From contig CM060732.1 in assembly GCA_030704615.1 (NCBI GenBank), positions 47,616,001 to 47,680,000 on the forward strand: a stretch of 64,000 nucleotides of DNA, read 5' to 3'. The stretch is from Takakia lepidozioides (lineage: Eukaryota > Plantae > Bryophyta). Below are positions 1-12,293 of this stretch, one piece after another; the stretch's first letter is position 1, and each line of letters starts with the position of its first letter. A program made the position numbers and the translations under genes. The notes beneath the pieces are model-generated. The model had not been told where the DNA came from, ran no database searches, and saw only the letters and a list, made by a program, of their open reading frames with translations.

Positions 1-1541
1 GCAATGATCACCTGACGGTGCCTGAGGGGTATCTTGACCTGGCACCCAAGCATTTGTGCTGTTTGTGCAAGTCTTAGGAAACTTATTATTGTTGGTATAG
101 TCGCATTTCTCAGTGGTAGGACACAAATGGTAAATCTCATCAGGATGAGAGTTGCCTTAGCATTGATATCACTGACTTCGCTGTGAGGGTTCTCAAAAGT
201 AGTCTCTCCATTGCCAGAGCAAGCCCGGCAGTGTAGAATGCATATGTGCTTTTTTCAAATTTGACGGACTTGCTTTGACTGTTCCTGGTGGTTTCAGCTT
301 CATATTTTCATGTTTCCTCAGCCATTTGGACAATTTCCTACAGCTCAAGGTCAGCTTGAAATTTGGAGTTTGCAGTTTGCACCCCAAATATTCCGAATGA
401 AAGTCTATTGAAGTTTGTGTGGGCGTCACAGAAGTAGGATTTGTTTATCCACGAGTTAATTTTGTCTTTTGAGTGTTGAAAACTTGGTTTTTACTTTTCC
501 CCCATAATGAGACTCACCAGCAACTAAACAGCTATGTCTACAATGGGAGGTCCCAAAAAACGGCCTTGCATTCACCTGCAAATCATACTTTCTGGCTTTC
601 CGGTAACGACTTGGGTGGCCCAGTTCCACTTAACCTTGAAAGCAGCCTGCACTGGCTGTGCTCCACTCTTGGCCCCAATGTTCAGTACAATCAGAAGGTT
701 GTATTGTTTATGGCAAGTCATGTGTCCTCCAAGATGAAACTCCTGTTGCTGGCGCATAAATGCTGCGGTTTACAAACAGCTGTAGCCTTGCAGGTCTTCC
801 GGCTTAACTGTGGGCATATGTGGAATTTCAATGTAGTTGTCATGTGGGGAGAGCAGGGCAAATTCATTAGTGTAAATTTCACTGTCTTTTATTTTGAATG
901 TCATAAGGCCAGTCATATCAATCCTTACCAAGACTTATTGCAGGGTTCAAGTAGGCAATGAGTGTGCATTCAGATCTTCGATCTACAGAAATCAAAATCT
1001 ACTGTGCTTTGGTGTTCCATGTGAAAATGCCTATCATAAAAAGTTCGTGCAACATCTATATATTAGGTTCTGTAGTCGAAGTTACTTATAGACAAACTAA
1101 CTGTTGTGGGCAAGTGTTGGTTGTATGAATGAAATCCCAGAAAGATTTTGTCCACAAGAATGAGTTGCAACACAGGAACATACTATGTTTTAACATGAGT
1201 CTTTGATTTCTACTTTGAAGGTGGAGGACCGAAATACTGCTTGTGATGGCTGTACAACAGAACTTTAAAACTTGGTCCTTGGAAGCTTCAGCTGCACAGA
1301 CAAAGCATAACATAACAATAATAGTAAATGAGAGGAAACGATGTATTAGCCTTGACAAATATGTTCCATGCAGTGGAGAATCAGTCTGCAGGCAGCCAAA
1401 GATTCCTGAGCTGATCCTTTGTGTTGATTAAATGGTGGTGAGCACCTTGCCTCCATGATCTGTTGATCACATACTGAACAGTTTCAACACAAAGAATCGA
1501 AGACAGCAGATTATTTGCAACACCTGCAAGAGTACACTAAC

Positions 1542-4500
1542 CTTCGCCTTAGCTGGTGTGATAACTCTTGCCCTCTTAGGCTTTGAATCTGACTGCAAGT
1601 TATGCTCGACGGTCATAGTCATAGACTGTTCAACATCCTCCATGGATCTGTCCGTCCTGCAGTCATCATGCATCCCTAAAGTTCTATGTACATGCTTGTG
1701 CTCCTCCAGGGTCTGCAAACAATACCAACTGTAAGTCAGATAGCAGCAGCAGACAAGTCATGTAAGGGGTATCTTCCTTTCCACAGTCCATGGCTGCTTT
1801 AAAAACAGATTCTCCATGTAGTTGTTTGGCTTGCATCAATTATCAGCATCATAAATAAAAACAAATAGGCTTTGCATCAAAACTTCTGCTACATAACTTC
1901 AAGAGTTTCCAGTCTCAATTAAGGAACTTTGGAGCACATGGCCTTGGAATGTTGGTCGACAATCCGTACAATAGGGCTGTCCAAGTACTTCACGGCACTA
2001 ACAACCCCTTGACTTCTCTTCTGTTATGGTATTGACAGCCTACAAACATCACATCTAGTATGGGCAGCAATGGCATGAAAGAACTTTGTACCTGTGTAGA
2101 CCCGACAGCTATTATTTTCACACATTCCTCCAAGAACACCACCTGTAGACCATGTACACAGTACGACATCAAGGTACAAAACTATCAAAACTATCTATGT
2201 TGTGAAACGGAAGGAAGCTAATAGAGAACCCAGCTGTGCAAGTTAGTCCATCTTGCAGAGAACATCCTGTTAATCGAAGCTGCTGTAACTTACAGTGTCT
2301 GATAGGGCCAGATTGGCTTTGTCTGTTGCAGCTATGTGAGCACCAACACAAATGCTGTCATCTTCACATCCAGGACAAAACACGGGCTCAAAGACACAGC
2401 CATCCTCTTTCACCCATAGACCACTCTGCAACACATCCTTAGTGCAACCTTGTGGCAATGAGAGGGACAAACATTCCTTTGAAGTATCTGAGCTCTTCCT
2501 GAGTAGAGGATGAAGTGAGTCAAAGTCTGTGATGAACACTGGAACCGAAATGCCTGGCAATCTCCCTGTAGCAACACTGCCAGCCTCAATACGATTGCAC
2601 AGATTCCTCAGATATGCCTTAGATAAGGTTGTGTGAGACAAGCGTTGCACTCCTGTTGCTGGGGAGCTGTACAAGCACCCACACCTCACACAGCAGATGG
2701 CACGATCCATGCAATCTGCATACTCATTGCTGCAAGAAGATTTCCTCCCTGATGCTACCCTGTCCTCTACCAAGTCCATAACTTCAACAGCAGCAGCAGG
2801 GTCCGGTTTCCCCTGCTTTGACTTTGCTACTGTTCCACTGTATTTGCTACCCAAAATAACATTTTCATTCCTCTTTGATGAACTAGGAGGAGAGTCAAGA
2901 CACCATGGCACAGGAGTAACCTTTTTCTTCTGTGGAGAAGAAACCATGTCCAAGGCCAGGACTTCATCTGCAGTGTCACTTTCAAAAAGCCCACACCTTG
3001 TGACCTCCATTACATCCCTGGAATGTTGACTTTCTTGACTCTCAAGAGACACAACCAGGAGCCCTTGGAAGTCAACTGCTTGTGCCTCTTGGAACTGAGT
3101 CAGCACTCCCCGGGCTTCAATCTCATCCATGCAGCAGTGTGCTGCTGTAGTGGCACCAGGATTCGTTTGAGGCTGAGCCAACTCGGGGAGTTCACGTCTA
3201 TGATCATAGGCATGTGTATCTTGGAGACTCGCATCAGTCACATTCGCAATTTGACGCAAAGCGCTGTCTCCTCTAGGCGATCTGCATGACATTTCAACCC
3301 AGTCCCTGCCTGCTGTTTGAAAATAGCATTTGTTGGATCACAATCTGATGCGAGTTGAGTATTAGATGGATCCATTTCAACAACAACAGACTTGTCTTTG
3401 TTCCCAGCCTCAAGCTCCCCTGATGAAAACTTTCTCCCAAAGCTGCTCATCAGGGAATCAATGTGCAGAGGGCCTATTCACCTAATTTAATACCTAGAGA
3501 GAGAGAACTTCCAGTGTGGGACACATAGGCTTGTACTGGAGTCAGAGGAAGACTGTTGCCAAAGAAAGCCTAACTTATGGTGTCCCTTCACCCCGACGGG
3601 CTACTGCTTTCCATTTGGAAGGTGGACACCTTCTAATGGCCGTAACCGGGGCAACGTGGTTACCCAACCCTCCCCCAAGGACTCCAAAGTTCCCAGGTAC
3701 CCACACATAAAGTAACCGGCTGACCCAGTTAACCCCCTTTTTATAGCTCTGTTGGCCATAATGGGTGACATCCAACATACACCTATGTAAGGCCTTGTGC
3801 CCTAACCACTTGGCCATCTGTTAGATGTTTACTGGAGTCAAAGACAATACGACAGAATATATGAGATCCAATCGCATTCAAATGAGCATCTGCAGTACCT
3901 CAAATCTGAACTGATGACAATGGTTTCTGAAAATGCATCCAAGGTCTTAATGCTTGGTTCCAGCTTGCCACTCAATCTTATGAGCTTCTTTTCAGGCACA
4001 CTTGCTTTGTTTGAAAATGGACTGCAAGTTAGCTCAGTTTTCGATGCTTGGGCTAAGGAAGTCTTGACTGACGGCTGTATGATAGGAACCTGCCGACCAG
4101 GAGGGGATACCTGTTTCACTTTCCACAGAATTATCAGCACCATCGTTAGAACCATGCCTTCCCAACAAGTGGCTGAAACTTGCCCAACAGTCCTGGCCGG
4201 TAATCAATAAAGAAGAAGCAAATTGGACAAGAAAACATATTGAATTCACTACACAAAATGCTGAGCATTCACTCCACTGCGGAAGATGTCCAAATAATAA
4301 ACTGAAGATATACACTTGACCTCGAGCATGTTGAAAAAGTTCTGCAGCCCTTGCAGGGATTGATCGAAGCTATCGATATGTTGGATAGACCTCCGCAGCC
4401 ACTTCGACATGTAATCAAGATTTTCAGTTTTTTGGAAACGTTCATCTGGAGACGACCGCTGTCATAAGTAACAATACAACAGTACACAATGTGCCATTAC

Positions 4501-7500
4501 CAGTAGTCCAGCCAATGTCTCCACTTCTACTCTCCAACAACTCCAATTTTTACTGCACCTCATTGCTTTGGGGGCATACCCCTAGCCAGGCGGATGTATG
4601 CCCGTTAACCACATACAATGCTCATTCTGGATATCAGACAGAACCCTACACAAACTGGGTGAAGAACCTATTGATCCATACCTAAGAGAAGAATAGCACC
4701 ATAGTCATAGCGATGTCGAATGCACCGACCTGCAGCAAAGATAAAAAACACTGTAAGTTTATGCCTTAAGCAGTGGCAAGGTCAGTAGAAGGATTAGGGG
4801 GTCGTCGCTCACCGACTGCTTGATTGAGAGCACGGAAGGTTTGCTGGCAGTACCATTGATTTCCACTTAGCAGATTCCTTTTCACTTGATTCTCTGTGTT
4901 GTACTGCTTTTTTAATGCGACTTGGATATCCTTTCTGCAAGCACATCGACCACCCCGAGCTACTTATTTCCCAAGGTTTACCAATTTCACCAGATTTAAA
5001 ACTGGAGTTTCAGTAGATCCTAGAACAAAGAATGGTTTCTTGTATGTCCTGTTATATGAAGGAGGAAGATAGGAAAAGAGAGGAAGTCTATAACCTCCAT
5101 TAAGAGAGGGAGAGAGAGAAGAAATAAGTTCATTACGTCTGTGGAAGGCCAAAGGACAGCATGCAGAAACAGAACCAAGGAGACCAAACTATGCAATATT
5201 CCATCCACTGATCAAAACAGCCTAAGAGAAGTGAAATGAAATTGTACTTTATAAATGTCCGCAGAAAGCTCAAAGAGCTTATGGGACAACAGAAAGGAAC
5301 AAACAAGAAAGAAGGGGGAAAAAAGAGAGGCTTACACGTTTGGAAATGGAATGCCAATGATCACCTATTCTGTCTTGTTAGGGGTGCAACCGGAATACAA
5401 ATCAAGCTATGTTACTGGAGACAGAAAATCATGTAAGAATGCCACAAATCATCCTAAACAACACTCTTTAACTCTGGCAATGAGTATAATTCCTGGAAAA
5501 CAATGACAACACATGGAGACATGGCCTCTAGCAAAGAGGATACAACAACTCGGGCATTCTTGTCAGAGAAGTCAATTCCTTCTGACACCTGCATTGATCA
5601 TCAGCAAATTTTCAGTATCTTCTATTCCACGGGACTCACATCCTGCAAGCTCTCATCTAGACCATATCACCATGTGGCAAATAATATTACCCTTCAAAGA
5701 GAAACGTTGTATACCTTCCCTCGGCAAACTGCCAGAAATGCAGCACCCCGCACCTGTCTTCCTTTGCACGCTTTTGGGTCAGGGTGACTAGCTCCTTGCC
5801 TATGCTTACCATTTCTCTTGATATTCTTATTGGGGAGCTTCTTGCCTGGGTTGATGGCATTGTAGTAGTCATTCAGAACCAGCTCAAAATTGTCGTTTTT
5901 TCCACGTGGCTCTGTCACATATTTTCAAGCATAAATAAGTATGTTCCACATCATACAAGTCTGCCAGTTGAGAGGATCCAAATGTAAATTCCCACTCAAC
6001 CAACTCCAAAGAGAGCTACAATCAGGCACAACAGGAACTATACTTGAACTTAATTAAAAGAATGATATGTTACCCACAAACAGCTCTTTCTCTTCAAAGA
6101 GGCGTGTCCACTGCCCAGTAGCTTTCCAGCGTCCACATAGTTTGTCCAGGAGCTTATAGCTTGGGAAAAAAAAGAGAGCTCCATCGGGTGCCACCTTGCA
6201 GATCTCCTCCAGCACCATTCCCAAGGCATCCTTCACCATCCAGGTACCCAAGTCAATAGCTCAGTCCATACAGTCAGACAATGACTGCACAAGCCATAAG
6301 TATTTATAGATGCTGACTATCAGTGATAGACTGCATACCTGAAAGGCATATCCATCAGCATTCTTGTAGCTGGCATTCAGAGGAACATTGCCTGGCCCAA
6401 ATGACACTGCAGCAGCCCAAACCTGCCAAACACATGATGTGAAAGTCAGACTTGTCTTAATGTGTATGCTGTGGTAGCATGTATTTCTGAAGTGACAGTT
6501 AAGTGAGAAATGAAATGAAATGGTACTTTACAGTTAAATAAGAGAAAAATAGCAGTAGAGCTCAAAGCTCATTCACTCTTTTCTCATGCATACTCAAGTG
6601 AGATGTATATGACTAGACTTTCTGCTCTCTGAGCACCAAAGTTACCTGCTTCTGCATGTCCACAACATGAGGAGCTTCCATGTGGATCTCAAAAGGAACG
6701 CCAAGTTCAGATGCAAACGAATCCATAGGTGATAAGGTCCTGCCAATTCATCAGGGAGACACAAGTTTGCATTAAGTCAGGTCTTTCTAGTGCAGACACT
6801 TCTTGCACGAATAAAGCCTGAGGTTGGCATTGCTACAGGTACTCTGGGGTTTGGGCATGTGGACATTTTATACAACCATCATGAGTAAAACCAGATCTTC
6901 ATCTCGTTGACTCCAGCTACAGCCGTTTTGTGTGATGACTCCAAAATGCTTACCCTGATGTGAGAATGATAGATCGGGAAGCACTAGCAATTTCCTCAAA
7001 CACCACCCCTGGGTTTAAGCACCAGAGGCTAATGGAGCTGACCCATCCTGCCACTGTCATAGCTGCACAAATTCAACGAGAATCAAGGGTGTGTTCAAAC
7101 ATTGACTCCCTCACTGGACATCAAATCTGAAATGTTGTTGAAAGCTCAAAGAAGCAGCCTGGAATACTGACCTTCATCACGTTTCACATACTTTCTCACA
7201 ACCAGCTGATAGTCTCCCAACCGTCGTCCATTGTTTGACAGCATGAACTTGAGTGATGAGAAAAGGCCTGCATAATCCACAATTTTAGCATATCGGACCT
7301 AGATGGTTTTCAGAGAATACCAACACAAGAAATTTGGAACATACACTGCTTTGCAGACAACCTGGCCATCAACCACATAGAGATTCAAGATCACAAAAGA
7401 TCAGAGAATTGCCATATATTCGATCATTCAGCAGCACCAGACGCCAGAGATGACAATGGTAAGGAAAGACAGCAAGATGAGGGTTTGTGACACTGATTCT

Positions 7501-10500
7501 GCAGGGAACTGGAGGAAAAGTTGTGGGTTGCTACCTTCCAGTGCCTTGGCGGCATGCCCACTCAAGTGATTTACTGTTTCGTCAGGATTTGAAGCAGCTC
7601 CGACAGCCTGCACAACCCCCAAAAAATCAAGCCTGTGACAAAGAAACCCTGAGGAATTTTCCCAAGTTGCTCATCATGATTGAATGTAAATCAGAACTAT
7701 ATTCTGCCCGTGACGGGTACAGACTACAGACAGACCACATCAGCTGAATGACTTGACAGAACAATCCATATCCAAATTTGAGAGAGAACTTCAAATAGGA
7801 CAATAAAGCATGTATAAGTGGCAGAACCTTGTTGGAGCAGTCTAACAGAATCTGAAAGGATTCCAAGGAGATGCCTGCAGCTCGTAGCTCCTGCACTGCT
7901 TTCTCACCCCTCCAGCTGTCATTGGCCACAAAGTTGTCAAGGCAATGGAGAATATTACTCAAACGTCCATATATGACATCCATCCACTTTTCTGAAACAC
8001 ACATTCTTACTCTTCAGAAATGCTCAGCAAGTTCACATCCTTCAAAACAAAGGCACAAGAAGGCATCAACCCTCCGGTAGGCCTCCAACAAGAGGAATAT
8101 AGAATATATTCAAATAGAGCTCTATGTTCTCTCCTAATAAGGAAAAGCCTTTCACTTATCAATTTTTTGTGTCATGTGTGTCGCCTCCTTCCTGCCCGCT
8201 GCATTCATAAGTGAGTGGGAGGACAAAGGCACATAGTATGCACTTACGAAGAAGCAAAATGCTCGAAGTCCAATTTTGTTAAGTAGTTAGCCTGGTGGTA
8301 AATCCAATCAAGCATTTCCTGCAAGTCAAATGACAGTATTACATCATAGGCAAGGAACAAGTAAAACAAAATCCTGCACCAAAACCAGGAAGACGTGACA
8401 ATTCAATCTTCACCTTCAAGCTTTACACTTTGTCAAACACCAAACACAATCTGGTTAAATATTCATGCTACAAACCTGCACCATATCCAGCAGAGGCCTG
8501 TAAATGTTGCTTGTTTCCTCTGTAGCACTCAGCTGCTCAAGCTCCATCCGCATGTCTGTATCAAATAGAGTAATTGTTGCAGCTGATTTGTGAATGGATG
8601 TCCCAGGTTTGCATTACAGAGAGCCTGTTGATACAAATAAAGACAGAAAGTGAACAAATGCATACCTTCGAGAACACTAGTTTCCAAATCAATGCTTCCT
8701 GCCTCACGTGCTACGTCCTCAATATTGCTGCAAGAGAGCCAGCCATGGTGTATCAAAATCGGCCCAGTAACATGGATACATGGAATTTCCCATTTGCTTA
8801 CATGTCTATTATACCTGGGTTTAACATGACTGGCTTCCACCCACTGGTTTAAGAAGTGGTCCACAGGGAAAGGACACCATGTTGACTGACGGAAATAAAT
8901 GTCATATGTGTTAGGCGCTTACTGTGCTTCATCCAGAACAACAATGGCTCCTTGGACATTCACTTCCATTGCACTCCGGATGATGGGATCAAGGATGTAG
9001 CTATAGGGGCAGAACACGATCTCTGCCTCCTCAGCCAATGCTCGAGCAGCAAAGTATGCACAGCCTGCACCACCATTTTCGACTAGTTAATAATTTCTGA
9101 GCTACAAAGCTATTGAGAACAAAACCTGTGTATATGAAGATTTTGGTTGGTTAAAGTATTGTTATAGGGTATTTCTTGGGGAGCTAGGTTTGCCTAGGTC
9201 CACTCCCATTAATGCCTGATGGGCCAAAAATACTATCATCACCATTTATGGACTTCTGAAAGTGGAACTCTTGTCAAAGTATTCATTACCATGGGCTGCT
9301 GGCACCGACCTTTTACCATGTGACCAACGCTGACAAGGTCCTCAATGTCATGAATCTCATTAGAACCTCCCTTTCGAAGCGACGAATGTGTCTTCAGTTT
9401 GGTCACGTTCCTGAAAAAAAGCTAATGGATTCTGGTTCAGAGATTTGAGAGAGAAAATTCCAGAACCTCTTACAAACACAACACTACTGGCATAAATACA
9501 TGTGGGTGACTTGTCCAGAGTCTGCTAGTCATGGGGAGGGCCTAAATCAACACACAACAGAAATGAGCGCAACCCATGTTAAATCTAGACAGACTTAAGT
9601 TCGTAACTTCCCCTTGGATTCAGACATAATGTCATGCTCTTATGCGAAAGTGCATATCTGCACAGAAAACAATGATGCTAGAATCTATGACAAGTAAAAG
9701 TCTGTAGGCACTCACATGCTCACAACCTTGATTCTCAACTAACTATACCCACGTAATCGCAAAATAAGACAAATTCAGACACACATAGTTTCTTTATACA
9801 TTCTCTGGAGCTTCCATAATCAAGCAAACACACCCTAGATGTGGAAAGTATAGATGACTGAGATAGGAGATTGATGCCAGCCTGCTAATTAGTAGGCTCA
9901 CTTGAATTGGGGGCAACATCGCTCAGTGTCCTTCAGTAGAATTTTGCTGCAAAAAGATCATGGTAAAGCCAGTTAACACCGTATACATGTATGTGTCAAA
10001 AAGTATGCAAGAAAAATACACTTGCTAAGCTGCGAGTTCAGTAACTCTGCACAGAGAGAAGATCACCGACACACCAGTCCTCATCTACATTCTTCTTCTT
10101 CAAAACGTGTTTGTTGGTGCAATAATGCCTCCTTGCTGCCTGCACATGAAGTCATTCCAACAAGCTCAAGCAGCTGAGAAGTGCCTGAGCTCAGGAGGTA
10201 GAACAACGACTCAAGCAGCACACATAGGATTGAATTGGACGAGTCAACCATCATTAAGTACAAGAAATCATTTATCCACCGTTGCCACTCACCAGCACTG
10301 CCATGGGGACTCGGTACTTAGTCTTCCGAAATTCACGAATAACTTGGGTAATTTGTGAATGAGTCCTCCTGCAAAGATGCTCAGTTGAATTATAATGGAG
10401 GACCATACATAGCAGACTCAATTGTTTAAAGCCCTAGAAGCAGGCAGAGTAAGCAGCGCTTTCCCACCAGAGCACTGGTAGACATGCAAGTCTCAACAAG

Positions 10501-11144
10501 TCGGGAAAATAAGACTGGACAACTCAACGGATGATTTATCGTAGTGCACTTACGTAGCATAAAAGATAGTAGGCACTTTGCGTTTCTTGCATGGTTGATT
10601 GCCATTCTTCCCTCCCTTCTGCTGTTTAGTTCCTGAGATACTTGTATTCCCGTCTTCTGGTACTGCAAAACAATAACAACCATTTTGGGAACTTTACAGA
10701 CTCAATTGACCCAAAAGCTTTCAGCGTATTGAAAGTTCCCTCAGCTTCAGCTAAGAATGGAGCCGACATTTCGAGATCAAGCACCACCAAGTGGTAGGTC
10801 CGTGTACCTGAGATTGCGTCTTCAATTATAAACCCCCCGCCTGCAATTAGGCTGTCACAGGGAGCAGGAGCAGGCGGTGCTGCTTCATACTGCTGCTGCC
10901 ATGCCAGAGTAGCACAGAGCAGTGCCAGTGTCTTGCCTGAGCCAGTGGGAGATTCCAGGAGAGCATTCACACTGCCACGGCCAGCTCTCACACGGGATTG
11001 CTCCAAAGCGGCCAGAACCTTCCCCATGTACGCCAGCTGAGGCCCATACGCCTTGTAAGGAAACTCCACATCCACTCCACATATCTTGTATCGCATTCCT
11101 TTACTGCCACCTTCGCTTCCTCTTGCACCATCGCCTTCTACCAT
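1542..11144 (-). CDS. FANCJ: FANCJ/BRIP1-like Fe-S cluster DEAH 5'-3' DNA helicase (multi-exon; 3' end uncertain, may extend below 1542)
   Basis: Exon 1 (ATG 11144 to donor 10808) has VEFPYKAYGPQ and Walker A LLESPTGSGKT. Later GT-AG exons read TIFYAT/RTHSQITQVIRE, Fe-S cysteines (HYCTN, EDC, CCPQF, GCAYF), VVLDEAH (~8925), TSGTLSP, FFFPSY, AVCRGKVSEGIDFSD, GIPFP, RALNQAVGRCIRH, DERF. A long C-terminal extension lies in 1542-4200. Confidence 0.9.
3545..3829 (-). mobile_element. tRNA-derived SINE in a FANCJ intron
   Basis: An 11-bp direct repeat TACTGGAGTCA at 3534-3544 and 3830-3840 (TSD). The minus-strand 5' end has an A box TGGCCAAGTGG and a degenerate B box (GTTGGATGTC). The 3' part is similar to 55795-55891. 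Confidence 0.65.
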
Positions 11145-12293
11145 TGTGCACACAAGCGATGCCTATGTTGTTGAGCGGAGGAGCAACACGAAAAAGAGTA
11201 GCAGCTGCAGCAACATTTGGCGGGAATACGCACTGGCTCGCTCTCTCTTTTCAAAGGGTGTGGTGTCTCCCATCATCCGATCTTTTTCATGAATATTCTG
11301 TCTACTCTCTTCTTTCGGAAGGGCCGAAACCCACCAATTTGTCACAACGCCTGCTCGCACAAAGATGTACATCGGCCATGGAACATCTTGTGTTGTGCCA
11401 AAGCTGATTGTGTGATGCCCACATGAAGAAAACACTGCTCTTCTGTGTAGCTACTGAGAGTTTTGCTGTGTCTCGGCCACCTTACCTGCTCGGACAGCAT
11501 CATGCCTTGTAGGTTTGAACCTTGGAATCTTCACAGCCTCTCTGATATACTATAGTGCACGCACTTCATTGTGTGGAACTCTTTTCTTCTTTTGGTGGGT
11601 GCGGAGACCTCAGAATGACATGACAAAGCCAAGGAAGAGCATTTGCATACAACTACCAAACAACCCCCAAAGAATTCTGACCCTCAGCAATCACATCAAA
11701 GAACATCAAATATAAACAAATGCCTTGCAAGGCTCAATGGTCTATTGTCAATGATGCAATTCCATCTGCATTTGCCATAGAGTTGAAGCCCTAAGGGTGC
11801 ACCAAATTGGGAAGCTAGAAGCCAAAGAGTTACTGTTCAGATTGTAATTGAGCAACAGAAGTTCGGGGCTACTAAACTCCAGCTGTGGGACTTCGATTCC
11901 AGCACCTACAAACTGGGTAATAAGTTTTGTAAATTGATTGTGAATGAAATGGGGGCTCAACTCTCCTGTTCGGTAACTCTAGTGGAGAGTATCCGATTTG
12001 ATATACACGTCAACTGTTGCAGCAACTCAAAGGAAGGTCAATATAATACTGCAACTTTCACCAGAAAATTGCAATCCCCGGAAACCTTGTTCAACCTTTC
12101 TCAGATCTAAACCTTACTTTTATGCCTCCTTTTCCTTGCGAACTCCTCTGCAGTAAGATTCTCACTGACTTACTCTTGCTGTTAACGAGTCATACTTCAT
12201 TGTGATCATCCCCCATGGACAGCTAACAGAAGTCAACTGCCTGTCGCATTCAATAATAGTCCACACTTTTCTTTCGAGTGTCTCTTACTTTCT

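Noticed and set aside
1-1400. Short ORFs such as 473-961 as genes
   Set aside because: No recognisable motifs or exon chain. Likely UTR, intron or intergenic sequence.
3740-3829. tRNA gene
   Set aside because: The A box is present but the B box is degenerate and no cloverleaf is evident. The TSD and a second copy indicate a SINE.
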